Shown: piece by piece, positions 20,827-30,809 of the stretch | Layout: every line of letters starts with the position of its first letter | How positions within the stretch are numbered: the stretch's first letter is position 1 | Virus record (IMG/VR): IMGVR_UViG_3300029305_003246 | Coordinates: 1 to 64,000 of that record | Source: a virus | Lineage: Duplodnaviria; Caudoviricetes | Length of the DNA stretch: 64,000 bases | Reading direction: 5' to 3' (one strand) | The notes under the pieces: model-generated | Databases searched by the model: none | What the model saw: only the letters and a program-made list of their open reading frames with translations | What the model was told of the DNA's origin: nothing | Made by a program: the position numbers and the translations under genes

Positions 20827-21579
20827 ATGGATAATATGTTTAATGATTTTGAATTAGATTTAGATAATATAGAAATAAAAGGTGATGATGAAGAAGTGAA
20901 AGGTGAAGTAGTTCAACCACCTGTACAATCTAATGGGAATGCAGTTTCTAAAAAAGTTGAATTCAAGTTCGATTTTGGCAAACTTAATATTCCAGGGGTT
21001 ATGGTTGGGGATATAGGTATAGAAGTATCTAGATATCCAGTTGATAAAATAAAATTTACTAAAGCTAAAAGGGAAATGATAAGTATAGTAACACCTCAAG
21101 TTATGGCTATAAAAACTCATTATATAGATGGTGTTGGGTCTGTCTTATGTTCAGGCAAAACTTGTTGCAAAATAGGTGGAGCACCTAGAATAAAATATTT
21201 ATTCCCAGTAGTAGTTTATGAAACTGATTCTAAAGGGAAGCCAGTAAGTAGTAAATTATCTTTTAAAGTTATGGCAGTAGGTGAAGGTATTTATAGAGAT
21301 ATAATGACTTTAGCAGATGTGCAAGATATAACTACAATTGATTTACTTGTTACATGTAAAGAAGAAGTTTATCAAGATATATCTTTAACACCTGCAGGAA
21401 ACTGTAGATGGCAATCTCAACCTAAATTAGTAGAGCAAGTTGTTGAGTTTTGGGGTCAACATATGGAAGATATAATTAAGCCTATAGCAAGAGAAGTTGA
21501 TGAAGAAACGTTATTAGCACAAGCAGGGTTAGATACAGGTGCAAGTTCGTCTGATGTAGATTTTAGTGCATTTATATAA
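20827..21579 (+). CDS. single-stranded DNA-binding protein (gp32-like)
   Basis: His/Cys cluster HY...CSGKTCC, acidic-aromatic tail SSDVDFSAFI, position before ruvC/recA. Confidence 0.55.
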   Translation: MDNMFNDFELDLDNIEIKGDDEEVKGEVVQPPVQSNGNAVSKKVEFKFDFGKLNIPGVMVGDIGIEVSRYPVDKIKFTKAKREMISIVTPQVMAIKTHYIDGVGSVLCSGKTCCKIGGAPRIKYLFPVVVYETDSKGKPVSSKLSFKVMAVGEGIYRDIMTLADVQDITTIDLLVTCKEEVYQDISLTPAGNCRWQSQPKLVEQVVEFWGQHMEDIIKPIAREVDEETLLAQAGLDTGASSSDVDFSAFI

Positions 21580-21628
21580 ACTTTAGGTGAGGACTAGTCC
21601 TCACCTATTTACATAAGGAGGTGATATT

Positions 21629-22198
21629 ATTATAATAGCAGGAATTGATGCAAGTTTTACTCGATTAGGGTATACTATAATTGATACTATTAATAAAACT
21701 ATTTACATTGATAATTTGCCAGGGAAACGTGGTAACACCTTCCAAACGGTATTTCAAAACGGTACGGTAAAAGCATCCGAGTTGTTGAAGGCTCTAAAAG
21801 ATTATGATATTGACTATGTTATATCGGAAGAACCCTTTATAGGACGTGAAGCCAGTGAAGGTTTATTCCTATTAGATGGCATTATTAATTATTCTTTAAT
21901 ATTAAAAGGTGTTAAGGAAATATATAACACGAATCCTTCTTATCTAAAAACATTACATGGATTCAAATATTCCAAATCTGATTCAGTGAATTTAGCAAAA
22001 GAATTAATTGAGGTTTACAAGTTATATGGTTATTCGTTTAATAAGAAAAGGTATAATGATGACGAGAGTGAGTCTTTTATCTTTGCCACGAGATTATTTA
22101 TTCGAAAACATAGTGACCTTAAAATGTTAAATGATTTCTTTAATGTAAAAGATAAACTCAGTCTAGAAAAAGAAAAATTATTATATATGAAAAAATAG
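21629..22198 (+). CDS. ruvC: RuvC-like Holliday junction resolvase (probable ATT start)
   Basis: in-frame upstream IIAGIDASFTRLG motif, ISEEP, NDDESES; AAGGAGGTG RBS followed by ATT. Confidence 0.75.
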   Translation: MIIAGIDASFTRLGYTIIDTINKTIYIDNLPGKRGNTFQTVFQNGTVKASELLKALKDYDIDYVISEEPFIGREASEGLFLLDGIINYSLILKGVKEIYNTNPSYLKTLHGFKYSKSDSVNLAKELIEVYKLYGYSFNKKRYNDDESESFIFATRLFIRKHSDLKMLNDFFNVKDKLSLEKEKLLYMKK

Positions 22199-22210
22199 GA
22201 GGAACTTGAT

Positions 22211-23230
22211 ATGGCAAATGCTTTAGATAAGAAAATAGCATCAAAATTAGAAGGTTATAAAGAAAAGTATGGCTTAAAGTCTGATGAGTTTGTAAAATCA
22301 GGTAGTATTATACTTGATATGGTGGTTTCCAATGGGAGGGGATTACCACTTAATAAATTCATAGAAGTTGCATCTGATTCAGGTTTAGGGAAGTCAACTA
22401 TGGTTCTACATGCGATGAAGTCTGCTTGTGACCAAGGCCATAGAGTTGTCTATTTAGATATTGAGGGTGGTCTTAATGATGCCTTATTAGAAGGAATTGG
22501 ATTAACTCAATATTTAGATGATTTGTTTATAGTCTTACCGATACAAACGTATGGTGAGGCCGAAGAGATTTGCATGGATTTAGTTGGCAACTGTAGTTTT
22601 ATAGTAGTTGACTCAATCACGGCTCTACTTCCAGATGAGTTATTAGAAAAGTCCATAACTCAAGTATTGCCAGGTCTACAATCTAGATACTTAAGTAACT
22701 TCTTACAAAAGTTCAAAGGTCAAGTTACGAACTCAGGCACTTCTATGATATTCATAAATCAAATAAGAAATAAATTTAACTTTAGAGGCCAAACTACTCA
22801 AGACTCAGCAGGTGGTTATGCGATGAAGTTCTATCAAGACGTAAGAATATTTATGAAGAAATCTGCTAAAATGGAAAAGAAAATGGTTACAGGTGATGGT
22901 GAAAAGACTATAGAGTATGGTTGTATAAATAAAATCTATACTAAGAAAAATAGATACAATTCCCCATTTGTCGAAATAGATATAGCAGTTGTATACGGAA
23001 AAGGTATATCGAATCTAATGTCATATAATACTTGGTTAGAAAATCATGGTTGTCTAAAACGTTCAGGGGCTTGGTATTCTGTAATATTAAATGATGAAGA
23101 AGTTGCAAAAGTTTGTGGTGCGAATGGTATACTTAAGTATATAAAAGAAAACTTTGAATTTATAGATGCTTATGTTCAAGAAAATGGTGGCTTTAAATTA
23201 GTTGAAGCCGAAAGGGATGATGAAGATTAG
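22211..23230 (+). CDS. recA: RecA/UvsX recombinase
   Basis: SGLGKST Walker A, YLDIE, VVDSI, IFINQIR, GGYAMKFY, KNR, GAWY. Confidence 0.95.
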   Translation: MANALDKKIASKLEGYKEKYGLKSDEFVKSGSIILDMVVSNGRGLPLNKFIEVASDSGLGKSTMVLHAMKSACDQGHRVVYLDIEGGLNDALLEGIGLTQYLDDLFIVLPIQTYGEAEEICMDLVGNCSFIVVDSITALLPDELLEKSITQVLPGLQSRYLSNFLQKFKGQVTNSGTSMIFINQIRNKFNFRGQTTQDSAGGYAMKFYQDVRIFMKKSAKMEKKMVTGDGEKTIEYGCINKIYTKKNRYNSPFVEIDIAVVYGKGISNLMSYNTWLENHGCLKRSGAWYSVILNDEEVAKVCGANGILKYIKENFEFIDAYVQENGGFKLVEAERDDED

Positions 23231-23265
23231 AAAAGAGTGGGTTCAATTCCCACTCTTTTTTCGTT
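23231..23265 (+). terminator. terminator/promoter cassette (GTTCA-N16-CGTT)
   Basis: AAAAGAGTGGG-TTCAATT-CCCACTCTTTT-TT-CGTT. Confidence 0.75.
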
Positions 23266-23289
23266 CTTAATATAAAGGAGGTTGTTATT

Positions 23290-23535
23290 ATGAAAGATGC
23301 AAAAGTAATAAATATAAGTGATGTCGATTTTAAGAAATTAATAGGGCTTGTTTTAGATAAGCAAGCATCTTGCTACTCCATAAATGATACAATATACTTC
23401 GGTGTTAAAGGCGATTTATTAAGAAATGGTGTAGTCCCTTATCAGGGACCTATAATATTATTAACTGAAAATTATTCAGGAAGTATATTTGTTGAAAGTG
23501 GAAGAGTTGTTACTATAACAGTGCATTCTGTATAG
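23290..23535 (+). CDS. hypothetical protein
   Basis: ORF with AAGGAGG RBS. Confidence 0.6.
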   Translation: MKDAKVINISDVDFKKLIGLVLDKQASCYSINDTIYFGVKGDLLRNGVVPYQGPIILLTENYSGSIFVESGRVVTITVHSV

Positions 23536-23545
23536 GAGGAATAAT

Positions 23546-24808
23546 ATGATTATCAAAGCTAAAAATTTCGAAATTATTGATGATTTAGAGTTAGAATTAA
23601 AAGACGGGATTACAGTCATAGTTGGTGCTAGTAATAACGGGAAGTCCAGTATAATTCGTTTACTTAGAGCCATTCTTTATAATCTTAATGGTGATGCATC
23701 TATCCAACAAGGACAAGATGCTTATACTTTGGGTATTATTGATAATGGTAATAAAGTTATAGTGAAAAGGGATATGACGGCATCTAACAAAACAGTTTAT
23801 TCTGTTAATGGCAATTTATTGAAGAAAGTTGGACGTAATATTGTACCCGAGGTTGAAGATGCTTTGAATATAAAAGTAGTTGATATAAACAAGAAAAAAG
23901 TTGAGTTGAACTTCCTAAAGCAAATGGAGTACCCATTCTTAATAGGTGAAACAGGGAGTTTTATTTATGACTTTTTATCAAGTTCTTCAAATCAAACCGA
24001 TTTTTCGGAGTTGTTAAAGTTAATGAAAACTGACCAAAAAGAAATTTCCGATAATAAGAAAAACCTTGAGGGTCAAACTGATGTCTTAAAAGATATGTTT
24101 CAAACTTCTAAAGATACTTATGAAAAGTTACAGGATGTGAATACTGTAACTGATATGATATTCGACTTTGATACTAAAATACAGTATTTGCAAAAGCTAG
24201 AGGATACCATCAAGAGTTTAGAGTATGCCGATGCCAATATCTTTAACTTAAATAATAAAATGGATTATTTACTAGAGCGAATTAAAGTATTAAGCGACCT
24301 TGATAATATTATTTCTAACTATAACGATAATCTAGAAATGCTTAACTTCTGTGACTATATAAAATCTATAGAAGATAAAATATTATCTCAAAGCATTACA
24401 CTTCGTATGTTAGATGATTTAAATAGGGAGCTTGATTTAACTTCTTTAATAGAGCTACAAGATATATGTAATTCTAAGGCTCAAGATTTAATAGATTTTC
24501 AAGGTTTTCTAGATAATATAAATAATATCTTAGAGTTAACAGATAGCTTGAAAAACGTAAACAAATCGAATGAGAAGGTCTTAAATGCTATAAATGAAGT
24601 CTTATTCCTTAAAGACCAATCAACCGAAATTCAAGCCGAATGTAATACTCTATCTAATAATATAAACAAAGTACAAGAATTAGTTCACTCTTTAACTCTA
24701 GAAACGTTTAATAATAATGTAACAGTAGAGAGTTTAGTGAATGTCAAGAGTGAGCTTAATACTTTTGACGTTTGTCCAGTATGCAATTCAAAATTAAAGG
24801 AGGATTAA
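23546..24808 (+). CDS. sbcC: SbcC/Rad50 N-terminal half (Walker A, coiled coil, zinc hook)
   Basis: KAKNF, GASNNGKSS, Q-loop FLKQ, coiled coil ending in CPVC. Confidence 0.85.
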   Translation: MIIKAKNFEIIDDLELELKDGITVIVGASNNGKSSIIRLLRAILYNLNGDASIQQGQDAYTLGIIDNGNKVIVKRDMTASNKTVYSVNGNLLKKVGRNIVPEVEDALNIKVVDINKKKVELNFLKQMEYPFLIGETGSFIYDFLSSSSNQTDFSELLKLMKTDQKEISDNKKNLEGQTDVLKDMFQTSKDTYEKLQDVNTVTDMIFDFDTKIQYLQKLEDTIKSLEYADANIFNLNNKMDYLLERIKVLSDLDNIISNYNDNLEMLNFCDYIKSIEDKILSQSITLRMLDDLNRELDLTSLIELQDICNSKAQDLIDFQGFLDNINNILELTDSLKNVNKSNEKVLNAINEVLFLKDQSTEIQAECNTLSNNINKVQELVHSLTLETFNNNVTVESLVNVKSELNTFDVCPVCNSKLKED

Positions 24809-24809
24809 T

Positions 24810-25067
24810 ATGAGTGATTTAGGTGCTAGATTTATGCAGTTAAAACAAAAGAAAGAGGAGTTAGAAAGAGCTATAATGGAAACTAATGTTAGATTAGAGG
24901 CTCTTCAAAAAGATTTAAAAGATGCCATGCAAACTCTTAAAGATAAGTATGGTGTAGAAACCTTAGAGGAAGCAAAAGCATTATTTAATAAGAAAGACCT
25001 TGAGTATTCTGCTATAGCTAAACAGCTTGAAGAAAAATTATCTGAATATGAAGAATTAGTGAAGTAG
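24810..25067 (+). CDS. small coiled-coil protein, probable SbcC middle segment
   Basis: heptad pattern; lies between the two SbcC halves; own RBS. Confidence 0.55.
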   Translation: MSDLGARFMQLKQKKEELERAIMETNVRLEALQKDLKDAMQTLKDKYGVETLEEAKALFNKKDLEYSAIAKQLEEKLSEYEELVK

Positions 25068-25075
25068 GTGATATA

Positions 25076-25741
25076 ATGCTTTATACTACTTCAAATTACC
25101 AAGCTTTAAGGGATAGAGCCATCAAACTCAATTCCCTTAAAGATACATCCTATAAAAATTATAAGAACACCGAAGTCAAGTATGTTGAAACAGCCGAAAA
25201 ATTATTAAAGGTAAAAGAGCAGCTATTAGTACAAGAGGCATCTATAAAGGTATTAAGAGAAATTATAGATATTATGTCTAAAGAATTTATAGATTCTATA
25301 GTCGACCTTCTTACATTTGCTCTACAAACTATTATTTATGATAAGGATTACTCGGTAAAAATATTACTTAAAGAGTCTAGAAACTCTAAGCAAGCCGAAA
25401 TAATTCTAGTATCTAAGCAAGAGGATGGTTCTATAATAGAATCACCTATTCCAGACAACTGTGGAGGAGGTATATCAGCGATAGTTGGCCTAGTTCTTCA
25501 AATATTCTTCATTCAATATTTTAAGTTAAATAAATTATTAATAATGGATGAGGCCTTAAGTCAAATATCGAAGGAATATATTCCTAATACTATGACCTTC
25601 TTAAAGACTTTATCTAAGGAAAGAGGATTTAAATTCCTTCTAGTATGCCATGATAATAGGATAATAAAACACGCCGACTATATGTATAGAATGGAAATGG
25701 GTAAACTTACTGAAATTGATATGAATGGTGGTGAGTTCTAA
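25076..25741 (+). CDS. sbcC: SbcC/Rad50 C-terminal half
   Basis: signature-like CGGG, Walker B LLIMDEA, H-loop VCHD. Confidence 0.85.
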   Translation: MLYTTSNYQALRDRAIKLNSLKDTSYKNYKNTEVKYVETAEKLLKVKEQLLVQEASIKVLREIIDIMSKEFIDSIVDLLTFALQTIIYDKDYSVKILLKESRNSKQAEIILVSKQEDGSIIESPIPDNCGGGISAIVGLVLQIFFIQYFKLNKLLIMDEALSQISKEYIPNTMTFLKTLSKERGFKFLLVCHDNRIIKHADYMYRMEMGKLTEIDMNGGEF

Positions 25742-26715
25742 TGTCGAGGATAATTGATAAAATAGCATTTGTGGGCGATGCTCATTTTTCATCTAAAACT
25801 CCTTCATCTCGTTTAGATGATTATGCAAGTACTTGTATAGATAAACTCGATAAACTTCTTAACCTATGTAAAAAGGAAAAAATCACTCATGTTGTCCTAT
25901 TAGGCGATTTATTTAACACTCCGACTGATACTCTATTATATGTTAATAGGGTTATGCAAAAATTTAAGGAGTTTGAGCGAAATAATATATTTGTATTTTC
26001 TATATTAGGAAACCACTCTGTGAGCAATATGAAACACGAGAATAAAGATAAGTCATCTGAAGGAGTCTTATATACTTCTAAACTTGTTAGAGAGTTACAA
26101 TATGAGCCCTTCACTTCGCCAGCAGGATATTCAATAGGTTTATATGGTTATCATTATTCTCAACCTATTGGATTACCTTCAAAGGGTGATAAAGTCAATA
26201 TTTGTGTAGCACATAAGGGATATAATGAGTCTTATGATGGAAGTTTAACTAAAACATCATGTCTTGAGTTAGGTTTCAATATTTATGCTTTAGGTCATTT
26301 TCATCAGCCTTATGATATATTAAGGGATACAAATTATATAGTAGTTAGACCAGGAAGATTTATGCGAAATACAGCAGATGAGTTTAATATGACTAATAAT
26401 ATTAATATTGATGTTGTTCATTTCCAAGGTACTCTAGAAAAACCTTTAATAACAACTGAACGTCTTACTTTAGATATTGAGGAGTATTCTAAGGTATTCA
26501 GTACTAAAGTATTAACAAAGAGTATAGCGAATGAAAAATATTTATCTAGTCTTACAGGCCGAGTTCAGGAGTTAATGGTAAAAATGGATATAACTTATGA
26601 TAATAAAGATGATGATATATTTAGAGTTCTAGATTCACTTGATATTGATACTAGAATTAAAAATAATATTGAGATTTATCTTCAATATCAAGGCATTAAT
26701 CGTTCTATAAATTAA
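25741..26715 (+). CDS. sbcD: SbcD/Mre11 metallophosphoesterase nuclease
   Basis: GDAH, GDLF, GNH, AH, LGHFH motifs. Confidence 0.9.
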   Translation: MSRIIDKIAFVGDAHFSSKTPSSRLDDYASTCIDKLDKLLNLCKKEKITHVVLLGDLFNTPTDTLLYVNRVMQKFKEFERNNIFVFSILGNHSVSNMKHENKDKSSEGVLYTSKLVRELQYEPFTSPAGYSIGLYGYHYSQPIGLPSKGDKVNICVAHKGYNESYDGSLTKTSCLELGFNIYALGHFHQPYDILRDTNYIVVRPGRFMRNTADEFNMTNNINIDVVHFQGTLEKPLITTERLTLDIEEYSKVFSTKVLTKSIANEKYLSSLTGRVQELMVKMDITYDNKDDDIFRVLDSLDIDTRIKNNIEIYLQYQGINRSIN

Positions 26716-26736
26716 TAAAAACAAGGAGGATTTATT

Positions 26737-27930
26737 ATGGAAAACTTTAATTTAGAAGAATTAGAATTAAATCTTGAGGATGATTTCGACCTAGATGATT
26801 GCTTTGAATTATCTGCAGTTGAAGAAGATACTGAAGTTATAGAGGAGCTACATTTTAAAGTTCCTACAAGAGACTTTTTAGGTATGTTGAAAAAAGCCAA
26901 AACAGTTATATCTTCATCTGCTAGGGACTTAATAACTAAAGCAGTATGCATGAGAGTAATAGATGGCAATTTAGTTATGAGATGCACTGATTTTGATGTT
27001 TATATGGAGCTTAAATGTCCATTAATGAACAATGCTTGTATACTTGATGAAGTTGTGGTTACTCCTATAGATAACTTAATCCAAGTAGCAAAAGCACTTC
27101 CAGCTACTACTGTTATATTAAAAGATAATGAAGGTAAAATAAGAATCAAACTTATAGGGGGTTCAATTGACCTTGAAACTCTTAATGTAGGCGAAGATAA
27201 ATTCGTTATGAAAGACGAAGTTGTAGAAGATAAAGGTATAGATGCACAAGATTTATACTCTACATTATTAGCATTCTCACCTATAGTTAATGCATCAGTC
27301 AACCCTATGGAAAAAAGAATAATATTTAACGAAGAGGGAGCAAAAGTAGTTTATATGTTTAGCATTACTTCTAGAGAAGGTGATTTCCCTAAATTCGATG
27401 TTAAGACGAAGGATTTATCAGTATTGAAAACTCTATTAACTAATGCAAAAGGTAAATTAAGAACATACCGTACAGTTGATGAAAAAGTGTCTACTAGATT
27501 TGTGATAGAAGATGATACTTTTAGATATACTTTCCTTATAGGTGAAACAAATATTAATAAAATATTAGCAGATAACTTTAAGGAATCTGATTTCTTACAA
27601 GGTGCTTTTATAGAGTTTAGTAAAATAAGTAAATTAGTTGAATTATCTAGTGCATTAAATTATGCTACAGGTAAGGTTAAAATGAAGTTTACTGATATGA
27701 ATGTCTTACAATTACATGTCCCTACTAAAAATGGAGATAATACATTCAAATTAGATGCGACTCCAAATGGTAATTTAGAGGTAGGTACTGAAGTTGAGGT
27801 TCCAGCGAAGTTATTCTTAACTGTATTAAAAGCATTCCAAAAGAGGTCTGTATTAACATTATACTGTAATGCAGGAAAAATCTTATTAGCTAATGATGAT
27901 TTTAAAGGTTTAATACTATTAAATGCATAA
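26737..27930 (+). CDS. dnaN: DNA polymerase III beta-like sliding clamp
   Basis: ~370-aa core, LVMRCTDFDV (cf. ATDLE), alternating alpha/beta three-domain pattern, DnaX in the same genome. Confidence 0.65.
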   Translation: MENFNLEELELNLEDDFDLDDCFELSAVEEDTEVIEELHFKVPTRDFLGMLKKAKTVISSSARDLITKAVCMRVIDGNLVMRCTDFDVYMELKCPLMNNACILDEVVVTPIDNLIQVAKALPATTVILKDNEGKIRIKLIGGSIDLETLNVGEDKFVMKDEVVEDKGIDAQDLYSTLLAFSPIVNASVNPMEKRIIFNEEGAKVVYMFSITSREGDFPKFDVKTKDLSVLKTLLTNAKGKLRTYRTVDEKVSTRFVIEDDTFRYTFLIGETNINKILADNFKESDFLQGAFIEFSKISKLVELSSALNYATGKVKMKFTDMNVLQLHVPTKNGDNTFKLDATPNGNLEVGTEVEVPAKLFLTVLKAFQKRSVLTLYCNAGKILLANDDFKGLILLNA

Positions 27931-27939
27931 AAATTTAGA

Positions 27940-27972
27940 AAAGAAGGTTCAAACGAACCTTCTTTTTACGTT
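27940..27972 (+). terminator. terminator/promoter cassette (GTTCA-N17-CGTT)
   Basis: AAAGAAGGTTC-AAAC-GAACCTTCTTT-TT-ACGTT. Confidence 0.75.
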
Positions 27973-28007
27973 CTATAAATTACAAATAAAACTTAGGAGG
28001 TAAGTTT

Positions 28008-28358
28008 ATGAATAACTTAGAGCAAGGAACTATAAATAAATTAAATGATATGTTATCTCAAATAGGTGAGGTTAGAGATGAGTTAGCTAAAGTAAATAAC
28101 CTTAAAAAGAGACTTAGATTATTAGAAAAAGGTGTTAAAAACTTACTTATAGAAAATGAATGTAATTTCTATGAAAATTCTGAATGGTTAGTAACTATTG
28201 AAAGAGCTATAAAAGATAGAATAACTGAAGAAAAAGTTATAGAAATAATCGAATTATTCGACTCTAATCAACTTGACTCTTTATGCTTAGAAGATTTTTT
28301 CGTACCGAAAGAGTCAGTTAGTATGAAAATTAAAAAAGTTAAAAAAGAGGAGGAATAA
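28008..28358 (+). CDS. hypothetical protein
   Basis: ORF with AGGAGG RBS. Confidence 0.6.
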   Translation: MNNLEQGTINKLNDMLSQIGEVRDELAKVNNLKKRLRLLEKGVKNLLIENECNFYENSEWLVTIERAIKDRITEEKVIEIIELFDSNQLDSLCLEDFFVPKESVSMKIKKVKKEEE

Positions 28359-28361
28359 GAT

Positions 28362-28616
28362 ATGGTATTCGATAAATCTCAATTATATGTTTTTCAAGCT
28401 AAATTAGTAGAATTTAATGACCCTAAAGAGCCAGACTTATTATGGGGAGCTAAATGCAATAATAAAGTAGTCAAGATAACTAATGATGGTTATCTTGGCA
28501 CTATTGAAGTGGATGGTGTTGCCTATAAAATATTAAGAAAATGGACTCGTATAGTAGCACCCGAAAAAGTAGATGCTTTCCTAAAAGCTACAGGTCAAAC
28601 TAATCCAAATATTTAG
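28362..28616 (+). CDS. hypothetical protein
   Basis: ORF with RBS. Confidence 0.6.
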   Translation: MVFDKSQLYVFQAKLVEFNDPKEPDLLWGAKCNNKVVKITNDGYLGTIEVDGVAYKILRKWTRIVAPEKVDAFLKATGQTNPNI

Positions 28617-28682
28617 TTTACGAATATGAAAATAAACGTTTAGAAAAATATAAAGAAAATCTTAATAAGGGAGTTGAATTAT

Positions 28683-29522
28683 ATGCCTTGTAAAATTATG
28701 AAAGTTTATGATGGCAGAGATGTTAAGGAGGTCATACGTGACGAGGAAGTTTTTAGATTAGTAAGTGCCGAAACTGTTAAAGGAAAATACTCAATATCTG
28801 CTAAATATAATGATGCATTCGTCTTAAAAGAGTTATTTGATTTAGGTGAGGAAGTAGTATTTAATGAATGTGTCGATATAATAGTAGAGTATAGAATCTT
28901 ATTACAAAAGATGGTCGATGCAGGTGTATCTGCGAAGTCAGCCACTGCTAAAGCTAAAAAAGAAGCTTTCGATATAGTTCAAGCTAGATATATAGATGCT
29001 TTAGGCAAAGAAAAGTATCTTCAAATATTCCCTATGGTGGATAAATCTAAAGCTAAGACTACAAAGCAAAGAAGTAAGCAGCAAGTAAGAGAAGTTAAGT
29101 CTAAAATTAAAAAAATTAAGGACTTAACTAAAGAGCTTGAACTTCCTCCAGAGGTAACTAAACCTAATGAGGATATAGTTACTCAAATAAATAATGTAAT
29201 ATCTGAAGATGAGACTTTAAAGGCTCTAAAAGATGATAGAGATATAGAAAGTCTTAAACTTGAAAAAGCACAATTAGAAGTTCCAGATGTTGATTTAAAT
29301 ATAGATTTAAGTCTTATTCATAAGGAGGGCAAACCTAATGAAGATGAGAATAGCATATTTAAAAATGAAATGGAAGTATCTAAAGTTCAAGAGGAAAATA
29401 AGAAAGATGTACAAGAATTTAATACAGAAGTTTTTATAAAGCCAGTTAAAGAAGAAGTTCCAGTCCTTGATTTTGGTGATGATTTAGAAGATTTCTTCGC
29501 TAATGAGGATGGATTATTTTAA
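28683..29522 (+). CDS. hypothetical protein with acidic C-terminus
   Basis: ORF after a GTTTA-N16-CGTT motif (28616-28640). Confidence 0.6.
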   Translation: MPCKIMKVYDGRDVKEVIRDEEVFRLVSAETVKGKYSISAKYNDAFVLKELFDLGEEVVFNECVDIIVEYRILLQKMVDAGVSAKSATAKAKKEAFDIVQARYIDALGKEKYLQIFPMVDKSKAKTTKQRSKQQVREVKSKIKKIKDLTKELELPPEVTKPNEDIVTQINNVISEDETLKALKDDRDIESLKLEKAQLEVPDVDLNIDLSLIHKEGKPNEDENSIFKNEMEVSKVQEENKKDVQEFNTEVFIKPVKEEVPVLDFGDDLEDFFANEDGLF

Positions 29523-29911
29523 TGAAGCATAAGTTTACATTAATAACTTTAATTATACTATGTGGAGTGATATTATTCTGTATCACTCCCAAATATAAGG
29601 ATATAACTATTAGTATAGATGGAACGACTATAGTTACTCAAGCCAAGGAAATGGAAGTCAATGCTAGTGCCTATTATGGGGATACAATTACTTCTACAGG
29701 TGCAATTCCCAAGCCATATCATACTTTAGCAGTTGACCCAAAAGTTATTCCCTACGGTTCAAAAGTTTACATTCCTTCGTTCAATAAGATATTCATAGCA
29801 GAAGATTGTGGAGGTGCTATAAAAGGTAAAAAGATTGATATATTCTTACCTACTAGAGATGATTGCATCACCTTCGGTAGAAGGGATATAAAGATATTTA
29901 TTTTAAAATAG
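29522..29911 (+). CDS. 3D-domain cell-wall protein
   Basis: N-terminal TM; ASAY, LAVDPKVIPYGSKVYI, AEDCGGAIKGKKIDIF. Confidence 0.9.
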   Translation: MKHKFTLITLIILCGVILFCITPKYKDITISIDGTTIVTQAKEMEVNASAYYGDTITSTGAIPKPYHTLAVDPKVIPYGSKVYIPSFNKIFIAEDCGGAIKGKKIDIFLPTRDDCITFGRRDIKIFILK

Positions 29912-29922
29912 GAGGTATTATT

Positions 29923-30123
29923 ATGGAAATGTTATTATGGAATGGAGCTTGGTCGATAGTTAGTTATTTTATAGTTAAAAAAGTTCAAGAAAACCACCCT
30001 AATTTAGACGTAAATGAATGGCTATATGTAGCAGGTGCATTTTTAGTTGGTGCATTATGGACTTGGATATACTTAGCATATAAAGTTAGTGAGCATAAAA
30101 AATATGGAAAATATTCTAAATAA
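29923..30123 (+). CDS. small membrane protein
   Basis: two hydrophobic segments, RBS. Confidence 0.6.
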   Translation: MEMLLWNGAWSIVSYFIVKKVQENHPNLDVNEWLYVAGAFLVGALWTWIYLAYKVSEHKKYGKYSK

Positions 30124-30231
30124 GGGGTTGATTATATGATGGAATTATTAACTATAGCAGTAGCAGTTGGTGTTTATTTAGGTGTTATAATATTAGTTCC
30201 TAAAGTATTTAAAAAGTAGGAGGTATATAAT

Positions 30232-30591
30232 ATGGCCGATGATAGAGAAATATTATATAAAATAGAGCAAAATGAAACCAACTTTATGTATATTACAAAG
30301 TCTTACTTTAAGGATAAAGAATATTATGATATTCGTAAATACTTTATAAATGAAAAAGGTCAAGAGATAGCTACTAAAAAAGGCTTGACGTTAAATGCAG
30401 AAGAGTGGCAAAAAGTATGTACATTAATGCTAGACTTCATCAACTTTGAAGGTACTGAAAAAGTTGAAGAGCCTAAAGCCGAAGATTTTATCTCTAATGA
30501 GCCAGATACAAGTACCTTTGATTATAGGTCTTTAGATAGTGTCATCCTATCTGATGGTGACCCATTTAATGATGGCAATTTCCCTTGGTAA
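30232..30591 (+). CDS. PC4/YdbC-like ssDNA-binding protein
   Basis: YYDIRKYF...TKKGLTL..EEW; acidic tail ending FPW. Confidence 0.8.
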   Translation: MADDREILYKIEQNETNFMYITKSYFKDKEYYDIRKYFINEKGQEIATKKGLTLNAEEWQKVCTLMLDFINFEGTEKVEEPKAEDFISNEPDTSTFDYRSLDSVILSDGDPFNDGNFPW

Positions 30592-30756
30592 AATAATATA
30601 AAGGAGATGATATTGTGGTACATTCTTTAATCGAGTTAGCAAATTATTCTGATGGAGTTATCTTAAAATATCAAGCAAATGAAAAAACAGCACTTCTAAG
30701 ATTTGGTGATGAAGAGAGAATGTATAAATATGAAAATAATGAATGGAAATTAGATG

Positions 30757-30789
30757 AAGAGTAGGTTCAAACCTACTCTTTTTATCGTT
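30757..30789 (+). terminator. terminator/promoter cassette (GTTCA-N16-CGTT)
   Basis: AAGAGTAGGTT-CA-AACCTACTCTT-TTT-ATCGTT. Confidence 0.75.
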
Positions 30790-30809
30790 TATAAAGGTGA
30801 GGTGATATT

